From: a virus
Lineage: Duplodnaviria; Caudoviricetes
Strand: one strand, 5' to 3'
Length of the DNA: 64,000 bases
IMG/VR virus record: IMGVR_UViG_2821731843_000002
Every line of letters starts with the position of its first letter. Position 1 is the first letter of the stretch. Under the pieces are notes generated by a model. That model saw only the letters and a list, made by a program, of their open reading frames with translations, was not told the DNA's origin and ran no database searches. The position numbers and the translations under genes are program-made. Below, piece by piece: positions 44,693 through 55,534 of this stretch.

Positions 44693-47600
44693 CTATGTGA
44701 CTTGGAAAACCGTCCACTCGACGGTTGGATTGTTTAAATAAACGCCGCCCTGAGTGTCGAGCTGGATGCGCATAAAGACCCGTTGATCGGTGCCGCTGGA
44801 CCAATGTGGCTTGACCAGATTTGCCGGATCGCGCTGCCAGACCAGATTGGGTTGGGTGTTCGGGTAGCCGAACCAGCGCGCGCCGGGCTGCAGGCTGGCG
44901 TTCAAGCTCCAGAAGCTGTTGTAAGGATCAAGCCCACTGGGGCCATTGCCGCCTGAATTTATGGCCGCGACGACAACCAGGGCCGCAGTGCTGGCCTGCC
45001 ATACATCGTCGCGGCCAACCTTGATGCCGGTGTTCACAAAGTTCCAAACATAGCCGTTGCTATGGGTGCCGGAGGCGGTGAAAGACCCCTGCGCCAGCAC
45101 CATTTGCCGAGAAACGACAATCCCGGCCGCCTTCAATAGACCGTTTACAAAATCCAGTTTTAGACCACTTGTGGGAATGCCGTTGCTGTCCTCGGAATAG
45201 CCGTCGCTTACGATCTGATCAGCGATTTGCAAACGGCCCACTTTGCCCCGGCCAATATGGACATTCGGCATGTGAACGCCTGCGGGCAGCAGCACTCCGT
45301 CCACTTCGGTGTCCTCGGTATAGACCACAAATGGGGCCAAACGATTGCCGCCCCCTGGTCCAACAATGGCGAACATGTCAGAGACAAAGGCCACCTCGGT
45401 TGAAGGCACCCCGGCGGCGTCCAACTCTGAGCGTAAAGTCATGCCACTGACCACGCCGTTGTTGTCAATTCGCAGTGTATATTCTGCCTGGACGCCGTCG
45501 ATAGCGGACGTCACTTCAGCGATAGAGGCCGTGTGCTGGCCCTGCGTGGTTGTAAGTTCAGTCAGGGCCGTGGCCTGGCTGGACACTGCGCCCTCAGTCG
45601 TCGCAACACGGGTGGTAATCTGCTGCAGGGCGCTGGCCTGACCGTCGAGGCCCGACTCTGCATCTTCCAACCGGGAATTCAGGCCCAACGCATAGGTCGA
45701 CAGGGCGTCCACCAAGGCTTCCGTTGCGGTGACACGCGATGTGACGGCCAACAGCGCGTCGGCACTGGCCGAGATGCTTCCTTGCGTGGCAGTCACATCA
45801 AGCTGCAACTGGTGCACGGCGCGCGCGGTGCCGCTGGCGCTGTCCACGGCCACCCGGTTCAGCTCGACAATAGCGCTGTCGGCCTCGCCAGCCTGTACCT
45901 GCAAAGTCGAGATTGACGCGGCGAGGGCAGCGGCTTCACTGCTGCGCACAGAGGTTTCCGTCTCAATCAGGGCTGTGTTGCCATCAATCGCTGCACCCAG
46001 TGTTGTCACGATTTCAGCCGTGGCAACGCGGCCCTCAGTGACCAGGGCGCGCATGTCCTGGCTGGCGTAGGCAATATCCTGACGCCAAATTTCCCGGTTT
46101 TCATATTGCTGCAGTAACAAGGCCAGAGTCGCGGCATTCCCGGCCTCAGCCGCTTCCATCAGGGCACGGGTATCCGCCACTGTCTGGGTGATCTGCGGCC
46201 CGTTCAGGGTTTCAATAGTGACCTCTGCCGACTGCAGGCGCGAGGCCACACCATCAAACTCGGCTGTGTCGACCTTAAGTTCGATTGCAGCGTTGGCCGC
46301 ATCGATCTGCACCCAGGCACTGGAAAGGCTGACCGTCAGGCCATCCACGGTGACCTGATCGGCCTTGAGCGCAATTGCGGCTTCAGCGGCGTCCAGATCA
46401 ATCATGACCTGATTAACCTGGACTTGCAGCGCTGCGACCAAGGGGATTTGGGTGGGGTCCAGCAGGGCATCCGTCACCACTTGATCGACATAGGCCTGAC
46501 TGGCGGAAAGGTTGATATTGGCCTCGGCGGCATTCAGGCGGATCTCGACTTCGTTGATCAGGTTTTCAGCGGCTGAGACGCCGTAAATGCTGACCAGACC
46601 TGTTTCGGGATCGGTGATAATGCCAGCGTCGGCAAAGGTGCTTTGAACCTGCGACAGGCGTTCGGTGGCCCAGAGGATCTGACCGTTGATCACGCCCAAA
46701 GCCTGCGCCACAGACCGCTGCTCGATGTCGCGCAATTCCAATTGAGTATCGACGCGCTGGATCTCGCTTTCCAGCGGTGTAATGCGCGCGGCAATCAGCG
46801 CGTTGTCCAGGTTGGCGGCGGCTTCGTTTGCGTCGTCGGTTACGGCCTGCCAGAACTCTGGAGAGAGCGCGTCCGGACCTAATCGCACGTCTGGTGTGGT
46901 GACAGGCAGCCAGGTGGTCCAGTCGGTGTTGCGCTCATTGGAAATGGCCTTGGCCCGCACCTCATAGGGCCGGTTGGCCAGGGTTTCCAGATTGAATTCC
47001 AGCGCAGAGATATCCGACGTGCTGGCAGAGAGCCGCTCGTCTGTGCCGCCAACAATCCGAGCCTGAAAGGCCAGGGCAGAGGTTGTGCCCTCAAGACCGG
47101 CAAGCCAGGTCGCCCGGATTGCCACCCCACGGTCATTGCCGTTTTCGTCCTTCAGGCGGATGCCAGCGACGGCAAATCCGGGCACTCCGGCGTCCGGGAC
47201 CTGCGGCGATCCGGTGACCTGGGGCAGGTCGGGCAGCTCAAACTCCGGATCAGATGCAAAATCATCTGGGTCCGTTTCCTGCAGACTGACTGCGACATTC
47301 AAGGTCCGCAGATCATAGACCACTTCGGTGATTTTGAAGGTCTTCAAGTCATAGCTGTTTGCCTCATTAGAGAGGCGGATTGTCTGAAGGGGCTGCAGGT
47401 GGAAAAAGTCAGGTGGTAGGGAAAACCGGTGACGGCGGAACCGGCGATTGTCGAGCAGCAGGCTATTGCCAATCTGGCGACATTGTTCAGCCGACGACAC
47501 CATAGGCAGACGCAACTCAAACAACCGTTGGCGACCATCCTCAATGACCCAATCGTCCTTTATGATGATGTCGAGGGGATCTGCGTTCCATAGGGCATTG

Positions 47601-48772
47601 GGGGAGGGATGGGTGATTGTGACCGCGTTAAAGGTCGTCTCAGCACCGGGGAAGGGTTTGTATTGCTCGGGCTCAGAGACCAGAATGTCGGTGTCGTCAA
47701 TGTCCACGGTTGGCGCAGCAGACCCGGCAACAAGAGGATACCAATAACCACCGAGCTCGTAGATCTCAGCATTGGCAGAGGAAAACAGCTCTTCCAGGAA
47801 GTCGGCCGGCTCTTCTTCAAACCGGACTTCAAAGCCCCCTTCAAAGCGCGGTCTTTGATTTGTTCCGATAGGTGCGTCGCAGGTGTCCATAGCAAGGGTC
47901 CACCAGTCCAGTGGCAAATCCTCAGCAGGGAGACCTCCGCCCCAGGTGCTGCCACAGGGCAGGGCAATTCCGCGAAACACATTGTAGCCGATCACCATCA
48001 GATTGCGGGTCGGCTCCCATGTGGTGGGATCAGTCCAGAGCTGTGCCCCTGTGCCACCCGCCGTGGCATCTTTGCGCGGGTCATAAAGGGCAGGTCCATC
48101 AAGCTCAAACCGCACGTCTGGTCGCCCATTGGGGAACATGCGGTCAAGCCGGTCAAAGGTCAAAATGGCATGGGGGACGCCAGTCAAAATATGGTTGTCG
48201 GTCCAGGGGCGCTCCTCAATCAGACCAAACTTGTCGACCAGATAAGGGTCCGCCGCCAGATGGGAGCCATTTATGAACCGGACCCAGCCCCGGTCGTTTC
48301 CGGCCCCGTCATTCTTGGAGACAAGCGGATAGCCAAAATCCGCGTGTGCGGTGTCGCCCAGGTCCGAGTATTCGCCATCAATGATAACCCGGCTCAAAGA
48401 GACGCCGGGCAGGTCGCCCACTGCAATCACAAAACACAAGTAGCGGAAATTGCCGCCATGGCTGCCCTGGTATTCCAGGTGCCCGGAGGTCGCATAGTGG
48501 CCCAGTATGGTGCCTTGCGGGTCGGTGCCGCCTGAGGTCGTGAATGTGGTTTGCAGGCCGGGTTCGCGTTGCTTGCGCTGCTGCAGCTTGGCGACCAGCA
48601 TCGAAATTCCGGCTTTGACCAATGAGCGAAGCGCAAGAGAGGCCAGGGCCTTGACCGTTAAAGCGGCTTTGAAGGCTGCTCCCAGGGACGCCAAAACGGC
48701 GGCAATGGGGGCGGCGTCAGCAGGCTGAGTCAGTGCCAGCCAAAGGGCAAGGGCTGTTAAGAACAGGTTCAT
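44693..48772 (-). CDS. Tail tip / host-specificity protein (J-like)
   Basis: 1359 aa with YDPRKD, Fn3-like and coiled-coil regions, and YTLRIDNNGVVSG...FVSDMFAI. Confidence 0.85.
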   Translation of the reverse strand: MNLFLTALALWLALTQPADAAPIAAVLASLGAAFKAALTVKALASLALRSLVKAGISMLVAKLQQRKQREPGLQTTFTTSGGTDPQGTILGHYATSGHLEYQGSHGGNFRYLCFVIAVGDLPGVSLSRVIIDGEYSDLGDTAHADFGYPLVSKNDGAGNDRGWVRFINGSHLAADPYLVDKFGLIEERPWTDNHILTGVPHAILTFDRLDRMFPNGRPDVRFELDGPALYDPRKDATAGGTGAQLWTDPTTWEPTRNLMVIGYNVFRGIALPCGSTWGGGLPAEDLPLDWWTLAMDTCDAPIGTNQRPRFEGGFEVRFEEEPADFLEELFSSANAEIYELGGYWYPLVAGSAAPTVDIDDTDILVSEPEQYKPFPGAETTFNAVTITHPSPNALWNADPLDIIIKDDWVIEDGRQRLFELRLPMVSSAEQCRQIGNSLLLDNRRFRRHRFSLPPDFFHLQPLQTIRLSNEANSYDLKTFKITEVVYDLRTLNVAVSLQETDPDDFASDPEFELPDLPQVTGSPQVPDAGVPGFAVAGIRLKDENGNDRGVAIRATWLAGLEGTTSALAFQARIVGGTDERLSASTSDISALEFNLETLANRPYEVRAKAISNERNTDWTTWLPVTTPDVRLGPDALSPEFWQAVTDDANEAAANLDNALIAARITPLESEIQRVDTQLELRDIEQRSVAQALGVINGQILWATERLSQVQSTFADAGIITDPETGLVSIYGVSAAENLINEVEIRLNAAEANINLSASQAYVDQVVTDALLDPTQIPLVAALQVQVNQVMIDLDAAEAAIALKADQVTVDGLTVSLSSAWVQIDAANAAIELKVDTAEFDGVASRLQSAEVTIETLNGPQITQTVADTRALMEAAEAGNAATLALLLQQYENREIWRQDIAYASQDMRALVTEGRVATAEIVTTLGAAIDGNTALIETETSVRSSEAAALAASISTLQVQAGEADSAIVELNRVAVDSASGTARAVHQLQLDVTATQGSISASADALLAVTSRVTATEALVDALSTYALGLNSRLEDAESGLDGQASALQQITTRVATTEGAVSSQATALTELTTTQGQHTASIAEVTSAIDGVQAEYTLRIDNNGVVSGMTLRSELDAAGVPSTEVAFVSDMFAIVGPGGGNRLAPFVVYTEDTEVDGVLLPAGVHMPNVHIGRGKVGRLQIADQIVSDGYSEDSNGIPTSGLKLDFVNGLLKAAGIVVSRQMVLAQGSFTASGTHSNGYVWNFVNTGIKVGRDDVWQASTAALVVVAAINSGGNGPSGLDPYNSFWSLNASLQPGARWFGYPNTQPNLVWQRDPANLVKPHWSSGTDQRVFMRIQLDTQGGVYLNNPTVEWTVFQVT

Positions 48773-49185
48773 GGGCGAAACACCCTGACGGCGCGGGCCA
48801 GATGGACGTAATCCAATCGACGCGGGGTTAATACGTGGATTTGCGGCCCGCCAATAATGCCAAATGCGTCGTGGCCGTCTTCAGACAGCACAGCAATGTC
48901 ACCAGGAGCGGACAGCGCCCAGCCGTCCACTTCAATCAGGTGGGACGCCGCCAAATCCCCCAGGCTGGCGTGGCCATGGTCTGCCAGCAAAGCGCGGCCC
49001 TGATCAAAACTCTGGTAACGCCCACGCCAGTTGGTGCTGGGGTCAGAACCGGTCAGGGCATTGACCCAACCCGCTGCAAACAGGGCACAGTCAAAATTCC
49101 CGGCAAAGCGACCGGCGCTCAGGCGCGGGTAGCTGGCGCGCACATTGGCCAGATAGTCATAAAGAGCTTTTGAGCGATCCATCAT
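48769..49185 (-). CDS. Tail tip NlpC/P60-like protein
   Basis: FDCALFAAGWV...W.GRY...PGDIAV. Confidence 0.7.
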   Translation of the reverse strand: MMDRSKALYDYLANVRASYPRLSAGRFAGNFDCALFAAGWVNALTGSDPSTNWRGRYQSFDQGRALLADHGHASLGDLAASHLIEVDGWALSAPGDIAVLSEDGHDAFGIIGGPQIHVLTPRRLDYVHLARAVRVFRP

Positions 49186-49781
49186 CACCCGCCCCACCGG
49201 ACAGGCCATTCACCAGCCGTAGTGCTGTATTCGCGGCCCAGGTCCGCCGGATCTCGGCGTTGCAACTCAGAGCTGGACCGCTTCAGGGGCAGGCCCAAAG
49301 TCAGATTGCGGGCAGAGGACACCAGAACCAATTGCAGGAAATTCTCGCCGCCTTTGCGGGCAATCTCTTCGGGGGCTTCGTTCAAAAAGCCTTTGAACAT
49401 GCGGATGGGTTCACCAAGCTGATTGCCGGTGTCGATATCCATCGGGCAGGAATGGATCTCAACACTGGCCAGGCGCGGATCATATTGGCGGACCAGGGCC
49501 TGCACTTCGTCTGTCAGGGGGGGCAGCTTGATCCGGGTTTGGCGGACTTGGAACCCAAGGCTGGCGGTGATCGGTGGAACATCAATCACGTTGCCTGCGC
49601 CGTAATATGTGCGCACTTCGCCGCCCACCAAAAAGATCTGGTGATCGTCACCGGTCCAAAACCCCAGGCTTTCTGGCGCGCCGGTGTCTCGGTTCTTGGC
49701 AACAATCCACAACAGCACCTGGCCGTCGGTGCCCCGGCGTTCGGCAAGCTGATTTTGGGTTGGGGTGGGGACTATGGGCAT
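49185..49781 (-). CDS. Tail tip / hub protein
   Basis: 198 aa between the distal tail protein and the NlpC-like gene. Confidence 0.65.
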   Translation of the reverse strand: MPIVPTPTQNQLAERRGTDGQVLLWIVAKNRDTGAPESLGFWTGDDHQIFLVGGEVRTYYGAGNVIDVPPITASLGFQVRQTRIKLPPLTDEVQALVRQYDPRLASVEIHSCPMDIDTGNQLGEPIRMFKGFLNEAPEEIARKGGENFLQLVLVSSARNLTLGLPLKRSSSELQRRDPADLGREYSTTAGEWPVRWGG

Positions 49782-49785
49782 AGAT

Positions 49786-50436
49786 CTACCTCAGGGTCTG
49801 GGTCCAGTTAATGACCCCGCCTTCACTGACAATGGACCGGCTGGCACCGTATTCGGCTTCCAGAATTTTTGCCCTGAGAACCGGATCGCCCAGCGTGACC
49901 GCAGCCCCCGCCTCTGCACCAGGGCGGATGAAGGGGATCACCTCAATATTGCTGATGGTTCCGGCCAGATTGGCGATTGCGTCGGAGACGACACGGTGCA
50001 CTGCGTAGCGGGTTGGGTTTGATCCGTAGGTGAAGCCAAGCAAGTCGCCCTGCGAGACCTTATAGAGCGCCGGTGCGCCGGTCAGGCTGAACTCGCGGTT
50101 GTTGGTGTTTAGGTCGGAAATCGTCGGAGTGGCCGCGCCAAGGCCGCTTTTATCGGGGTCGGCAATAGGGCCTGGCAGCCTGATATCACGCAGCAAAAAC
50201 GACGCGCCGGGTTCCTCCAGGAGGGCAATGCGGGCTTCAATCGCGGCCCAGACGCTGTGATAGTCCTTATCCAAGACAATCTGGCCCTGCCACAGCCGGG
50301 CCCCGCGTTTGTTGGCAATGACGTCGCCACCGCCAGTTTCAGATTGGGTCTGAGCACGGGCCAGTCGAAAGGTCACCTTGGCGACCGGCAGCGTGTCCAG
50401 AAATTGAGAGGTTGTCAGGGGCCATTGCAATGCCAT
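49786..50436 (-). CDS. Distal tail protein
   Basis: 216 aa directly after the tape measure gene. Confidence 0.65.
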   Translation of the reverse strand: MALQWPLTTSQFLDTLPVAKVTFRLARAQTQSETGGGDVIANKRGARLWQGQIVLDKDYHSVWAAIEARIALLEEPGASFLLRDIRLPGPIADPDKSGLGAATPTISDLNTNNREFSLTGAPALYKVSQGDLLGFTYGSNPTRYAVHRVVSDAIANLAGTISNIEVIPFIRPGAEAGAAVTLGDPVLRAKILEAEYGASRSIVSEGGVINWTQTLR

Positions 50437-52844
50437 CAGCCAGTTCCTCGCGGGTCATTCAAAACGCGGTGCACAGTTCCTGGCGCGACGTTGCTGTCGT
50501 AATCCTCGACCACATCCACGGCGATATTCTGGGCGGTTTCCTCGACCGTGGCTTTGAATAAGGGGCTGGGCTGGATGCGCAGCAGCACAGATTGCGGCCC
50601 GGAGTTTGAGCCGCCGGACAGGGGCTGTGCCGGTTGCATGCCGATGGTGCCACCGCTGGCCAGACCAGGGATATCAACACCGTCATTCATTGCCTGCAGC
50701 AGCGGGCGGTATTGCCGGGTTGCTTTTGCCGTGACCACGGTTTCGCCTGGGGAGAGCCAAGCCGGGACCTTGTCGTCTTTGTTGCCACCAGCGCCATAAA
50801 CTGTCCCGCCATCGGCCAGGCCGATGCCCCCCAGGATCAGGCCGGTCAGACCGCCAGTATCTCCACCCAAGCCAAACAAATCGGCCCAGGGGCCGTCGCC
50901 CAGCAACAGCGCCTGCAGCGCGGCTGCAGCGATTGCAGCTTCAACCTGCTTCCAGGCATCCGCAGCCTGTTCGCCGCCTGCAACCATGCCTTCGGCTAGC
51001 GTTTGAATATTGCTGTCGAGAAAATCCGCAGTCTGGCTCGTCAGCTCAATCGCCTGCTGTTCCTTCAGGCGCTCACGGATCAGCTCTTCAACGGCTTCGC
51101 GTTCGGCATCGGTGGCGTTTATCAAGACATCGCGAACACGGGCCATTTCTTGCAGAACAGGATCAGTTTCGCGCAAGACCTCCAGGCGTTCGCGTTCCCG
51201 CCCGATCAGTCTTTCAATGGCATCGCGTTCGGCGTTGATCTGGCTGGCACCACCACCACCGCCACCGCCGCCGCTGCGACGGGTGCTGGCGGAACGCGGA
51301 TTTGGTGGCATGACCACGGGCGGGATATTCATGTCCGGGCGGGTGTAATCGATATTCCCCGCGCCAATACCTTCGCCACGGGGATCATAGAAATCTGGAT
51401 TTTGATTGATATTGGAGACGATTTCTTGGCCCCGCGCCTTCAGCAGGTTTGTGTTGAGCCGGTGCGCCTCATCTGCTGCCAGGGTAATGTTGCCAGCCAT
51501 ATCCACGTTTGCAACGCCGTTGGCGGCGTCCCAGGCTTCCATCAGTTCGGCCTTCAGGGCGTCGGCAATCTCGCGGGCTTGCGTTTGCTGCTGATAGATC
51601 GCGCGCTCTGCTTCCAGACGTTGCTCAGCAACCGCAACGCTGCCTTCGCCATGAACCGCAATTGTCGCTTGGATAGCGGCCTCGGCTCGAAGCTGCTGCA
51701 GGGTGTTGCGCGCGCTGGTGTCGATCTTAAGGCGCTGGCTCAGATAGTCCTGGGCAGAGGCCGCCATACTGGCCCAGAGGTCAGCGCCGGTTTTCTTCAG
51801 TTCCTGCCAAGGTTCCTGCAGGCGGCCGGCAAAAATTTCCAAATTGCGGATGAGACCGGCCAGACCGTCATAGAATTCCCGCTGTTTAGCATTGAGGTTC
51901 TCTAATCCTCCCGAGGCGTCCAGAAGCATGGCCCGCACGTCCAGGGCGGCTTGTAGCTTGGTTGCAGGCTCCTCGCTGCTGTCCAAAATTTCCAGGTTCC
52001 TGGCGAACTCAACACCGGCCAGGCGGGCAGATTTTCGAATTGAATTCAGGCCAAGGAAATCCTGAGACGCAGTGGCAGAGCTGTGATCGTCCCACCAGGA
52101 TAGCTCCAGCACCAGATTGCGGACACTGGTTGCCGTGGCATCCATCTGTTGTGAAGCGTCAAACTTTGCCAGAGCGGCCATGTCAGCCAGAACAAGACGC
52201 AATGCAGGCGAGGCGGTGCCGAACTCTGCCAGCATATCGGCGGTGCTTTGACGGGCAGAGCGGGACTTTTCGGCAAAGGCATCAATGGCGTCGCCCACCG
52301 ATTGGATGGCCTCTTCCAGGGTTTCGGCGTCCTCGTCCGCGCCGGTCAGCCAGTTTGACATGGCAGCAGCAGCGGCAATGGAGCCGATTGTGATAATGCT
52401 GATGGGGCTAATCATGCCGAGAAACCCGGCCTTGAGGGATTTTACCGCACCGGCTGCGCCCATTGGACCGATGACCTGGCTAATCTGCGTACCCTGTTGA
52501 ATGGCAAGCTGCAGTGGGTTCTGACCGGCGGCCATCATCACGCCGATATCGTTGAACTGGGCTGTGAGGTTGCCGACCTGGCCCGCTGCGGCCCGCTGCG
52601 AATTGCCCATGGTCATGGCCTCGCGGGCGACGGATTGCTCCGCTGCAGCCATCGCTCTGGCTTTAGAGGCTGCGGCGGTAGAGGCCGCGCCCATTTTCTT
52701 GGTCGCAGTTGTGGCTTTTACCTCGGCAACGTTGACGTCAGTCGTTGCCTTTTTGACGCTCTCTTTGGCGGCTTTGACTTCCTTCAACTCAGACACAGCC
52801 TGACTGCCGTCCATTAAGACCTTTCCTGAGACTACAAACGACAT
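50436..52844 (-). CDS. Tape measure protein (lambda-like type)
   Basis: QFNDIGVMMAAGQNPLQLAIQQGTQI, and C-terminal ADGG...LSPGETVV. ATG at 52844. Confidence 0.92.
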   Translation of the reverse strand: MSFVVSGKVLMDGSQAVSELKEVKAAKESVKKATTDVNVAEVKATTATKKMGAASTAAASKARAMAAAEQSVAREAMTMGNSQRAAAGQVGNLTAQFNDIGVMMAAGQNPLQLAIQQGTQISQVIGPMGAAGAVKSLKAGFLGMISPISIITIGSIAAAAAMSNWLTGADEDAETLEEAIQSVGDAIDAFAEKSRSARQSTADMLAEFGTASPALRLVLADMAALAKFDASQQMDATATSVRNLVLELSWWDDHSSATASQDFLGLNSIRKSARLAGVEFARNLEILDSSEEPATKLQAALDVRAMLLDASGGLENLNAKQREFYDGLAGLIRNLEIFAGRLQEPWQELKKTGADLWASMAASAQDYLSQRLKIDTSARNTLQQLRAEAAIQATIAVHGEGSVAVAEQRLEAERAIYQQQTQAREIADALKAELMEAWDAANGVANVDMAGNITLAADEAHRLNTNLLKARGQEIVSNINQNPDFYDPRGEGIGAGNIDYTRPDMNIPPVVMPPNPRSASTRRSGGGGGGGGASQINAERDAIERLIGRERERLEVLRETDPVLQEMARVRDVLINATDAEREAVEELIRERLKEQQAIELTSQTADFLDSNIQTLAEGMVAGGEQAADAWKQVEAAIAAAALQALLLGDGPWADLFGLGGDTGGLTGLILGGIGLADGGTVYGAGGNKDDKVPAWLSPGETVVTAKATRQYRPLLQAMNDGVDIPGLASGGTIGMQPAQPLSGGSNSGPQSVLLRIQPSPLFKATVEETAQNIAVDVVEDYDSNVAPGTVHRVLNDPRGTG

Positions 52845-52845
52845 C

Positions 52846-53172
52846 TTACTTTCCGCTCCATTCGGCCAATGCGCCGCGTTCAATCATCTGCACCTGGGCA
52901 AACAGATCCGGCGTCATATCCACCCCGGCCATTTGCCAGGCAGCCTGGGCACCTGGGTAGTTCAGCCCCGTCACCCGAAACGTCCCGTCAGGCATAGCAA
53001 TGCGGGTGAACTGCGTGGTGACGTCCAGAAAGGCCTGCACAGCATCGACGTTTGCGGCCCAAACGCCGTGTTCGTGGTTAATGTCTGGCCCAATGTCGTC
53101 CAGCGGGATGCCCAGCAATTCGCAATCGGTCTTGTCTTCGTCACAGTCTTCGTCACTGGGCCCGGTTTCCAT
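52846..53172 (-). CDS. Tail assembly chaperone, T-like extension (DUF1799-like)
   Basis: VWAANVDAVQAF...GLNYPG...VQMIERGAL. Lies in the -1 frame of the upstream chaperone. Confidence 0.8.
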   Translation of the reverse strand: METGPSDEDCDEDKTDCELLGIPLDDIGPDINHEHGVWAANVDAVQAFLDVTTQFTRIAMPDGTFRVTGLNYPGAQAAWQMAGVDMTPDLFAQVQMIERGALAEWSGK

Positions 53173-53207
53173 GAGCGTGCCCCGAACCCAGGCGCGCCCG
53201 GCCCAGA

Positions 53208-53537
53208 TCAGTTTCCCAGTGCGTCCTGGATTAGGGCCGTGGTGTAGGTTTTCAGTAGGGCCATGCGCACATAAGGCAGGTTCAACAGGCCCTCGCGGAT
53301 CTCTTCGCTGTAGGGGATTGGCTTTTCCTTGTCGTCGACCAGGTCATCAGCGGAAATCATGACTTCCCGCAGAAATTCCTTGACGCCCTCCGTTTCAAAC
53401 CAATCCAAACCCTCCGATTGGTCACTTGGAACGACCTTAAAAAGCCCTTTAAAGCTCTGTTCAAGGTGCCCATCCCCATCAGGGACTTTGACTTTGACGG
53501 TGCGGGAAAACGTGGGGACGGTGACAACATTGAACAT
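53208..53537 (-). CDS. Tail assembly chaperone (G-like)
   Basis: 109 aa after the tube gene, ending ALGN*. Confidence 0.8.
   Translation of the reverse strand: MFNVVTVPTFSRTVKVKVPDGDGHLEQSFKGLFKVVPSDQSEGLDWFETEGVKEFLREVMISADDLVDDKEKPIPYSEEIREGLLNLPYVRMALLKTYTTALIQDALGN
53211..53217 (-). other. Programmed -1 frameshift heptamer G GGA AAC
   Basis: XXXYYYZ just before the stop. The -1 frame (GKLIWAGRAWVRGTL) is open into 52846-53172, like lambda G/GT. Confidence 0.85.
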
Positions 53538-53555
53538 CAGGCGGGCTCCGGGAAA

Positions 53556-54491
53556 TTAAGTAAGGGTCAGCGACCACTGGTCGTTTTGAGTGGCGGCGCG
53601 CGGGATTAGCCGCAGGGGCCATTCTTTGATATTTTGGGACTGGCTAATGCTGGGGCGCTGCATTTGCGCCGTGGCCAGGCTCAGCGTGGCAATGCTGCCA
53701 GCCGTCGTGCCGTGCACCAGGCTAACCGGGACCCGATCCATATTGACTGCCATGGTGAAGGGATCAAACGCGGTCAGTGGCTGCGCTTCAACCGTGGTTT
53801 CAAACGTCTCGGATTTATCGGTGATCAACACCCGATCGGAGCCAACCAGGAAGCGCGGTTCAATCTTATTGCCCAGGGCCAGTTTGGCCGATGACATGAC
53901 AAAGGATGTGCCGTCGATAGTGAAGGTGGGAGTGTTCTTGGCTGAGACAATCTTGGGCTCTTTCCAGCTTGAGAGAACAACAACCGGGGCGCTGACTTCA
54001 GTCGGGATTGTAAATAGCCCGGTGAAGTCAAACTTGATTTTTGGCGTGGCCTGAGCGCTCAGGTCAAATTCCGCGGTGCCCCGTGCGCCCAGAATGACAT
54101 AGCGGGTTTTGTCGATCACCATGTGAAAGGTGCCGCTCTCAAAGCTTTCACTGATCGGCGTATATTCCACGGATGTGCCTGCAGTAATGGTCTCGGCGGC
54201 ACCGCAGGCGCGCAACAGGGCACCCCAGGCAGGGGCCGTTCCGGCGGTTCCGGAGGCGCTGAGATCCACTGTGAAGCTAAGAGTGGAATGCAGATCAGTT
54301 GGAATGGTGCCGTTTGCGCCCATGCCCGGCTGTTCCAGATCGCGCTCCTGGTCCTGGCCTTCCATGGGCTTCAGAGTGGCGTCCATGGCCAGCACGGCAT
54401 TTGCCGCACCCGTGGGGCCGGGGTCGGTGCCATAGGTACTTTCCAGGGCAAACAGAATGCGCTTATTGCGCCAGAAGATTGGATCTGCCAT
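53556..54491 (-). CDS. Tail tube protein (non-contractile)
   Basis: LFALESTYGTDP...AWGALLRACG. No sheath gene in this module. Confidence 0.85.
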   Translation of the reverse strand: MADPIFWRNKRILFALESTYGTDPGPTGAANAVLAMDATLKPMEGQDQERDLEQPGMGANGTIPTDLHSTLSFTVDLSASGTAGTAPAWGALLRACGAAETITAGTSVEYTPISESFESGTFHMVIDKTRYVILGARGTAEFDLSAQATPKIKFDFTGLFTIPTEVSAPVVVLSSWKEPKIVSAKNTPTFTIDGTSFVMSSAKLALGNKIEPRFLVGSDRVLITDKSETFETTVEAQPLTAFDPFTMAVNMDRVPVSLVHGTTAGSIATLSLATAQMQRPSISQSQNIKEWPLRLIPRAATQNDQWSLTLT

Positions 54492-54650
54492 TTACTTGGC
54501 CCCCTTTTTGGAACTGGGTTTTGGAGTTTGGATCTCAGGCTTGGCGGATTTGAGAGCCGGGTTAGAGGTTGGTTTTTCGACCTGCTTCAGGCTGCCATCG
54601 GGCTGGCGCACAAAGCTGCCGCCACCTTGCGGAATTTTGGGCTTCGTCAT
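54492..54650 (-). CDS. Small basic protein (52 aa, not in the ORF track)
   Basis: MTKPKIPQGGGSFVRQPDGSLKQV...KGAK*. ATGA and TAAATG junctions with its neighbours. Confidence 0.7.
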   Translation of the reverse strand: MTKPKIPQGGGSFVRQPDGSLKQVEKPTSNPALKSAKPEIQTPKPSSKKGAK

Positions 54651-55075
54651 GCTGAGATCCTCAGTTGGTCGGTGATTGAAAAGTCGATCTGAAACACCAT
54701 TCGGCCCTGGTGCAGGGACAAGAGCTTGCCACGCTCAACCTGAAACACGCCGCTCACATCCTCGGGGGCCCATCCAGCAAGGGTGTCCACCACTTCGCGG
54801 ATCAGTGGGTCAATGCGTTTCAACGCCTTTTGCCCCGCCTTGTCATGGGCTGAGGCAATCAACAAAACGCCGATCACCTCATTTATGTCCTGGGTGAACA
54901 TCCCAGCAGCGTCGCCTGGCTTGCCGCCCCTGAACCCCAATGGCACCACAATGGCGCTGGCATTGGCGGGCAGGCGTCCGGATTTCATCAGGTCAGCCAG
55001 ATGGGCAACGGTTTCCACCTTGCCCTGCAGATCCGCGACCAGGGCATTCAGCCGGTCAGCAACGGCGTCAATCAT
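54647..55075 (-). CDS. Tail terminator protein
   Basis: 142 aa between gp36 and the tube gene. LAGWAP...FQIDF. Confidence 0.75.
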   Translation of the reverse strand: MIDAVADRLNALVADLQGKVETVAHLADLMKSGRLPANASAIVVPLGFRGGKPGDAAGMFTQDINEVIGVLLIASAHDKAGQKALKRIDPLIREVVDTLAGWAPEDVSGVFQVERGKLLSLHQGRMVFQIDFSITDQLRISA

Positions 55076-55503
55076 CAGATGAACCCCGTCATTTTGCTGG
55101 CTTCCAGCGGGCGTTCGCGGTCGGTGATCTTGACGCCGGTCTCGTCAGAGCCGGTTGGTTCAACGCCTGCGATGGGCAACCGAATAGTGCCTTTGGCGAT
55201 GTCGCGCAGGGCAGTCACCGCGTCTTTGTACTCGCTTTGGATTTTGTCTGAGGCCTCATAGACGTGCAGCCGGTAGATGGTGATCGCCGTGGCAAGATCT
55301 GCAATCAACGGCGGCGTCTCAGACAGGGGCAAGGTGTAACGGCCATGCAAATAGCCGTCGATCACGGCTCCGGCACCCTCAACGGCCTGGGCGACTGTGT
55401 TTACGTCAACGGCCCCGGTGCTGACTTCACCCCGGTCTGTCAACTCGACCAGTAGGTTTTCACCATAGCGGTCGTTTAGCTCTTGCAGCGTGGTGTAGGC
55501 CAT
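55075..55503 (-). CDS. Head-tail adaptor, Mu gp36 (DUF1320)
   Basis: MAYTT, IDGYLHGRYTLPL, YKDAVTALRDIAKG. Confidence 0.9.
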   Translation of the reverse strand: MAYTTLQELNDRYGENLLVELTDRGEVSTGAVDVNTVAQAVEGAGAVIDGYLHGRYTLPLSETPPLIADLATAITIYRLHVYEASDKIQSEYKDAVTALRDIAKGTIRLPIAGVEPTGSDETGVKITDRERPLEASKMTGFI

Positions 55504-55534
55504 GGGGCGCAGTCCGGTGTGAAGGGGTCAGGGG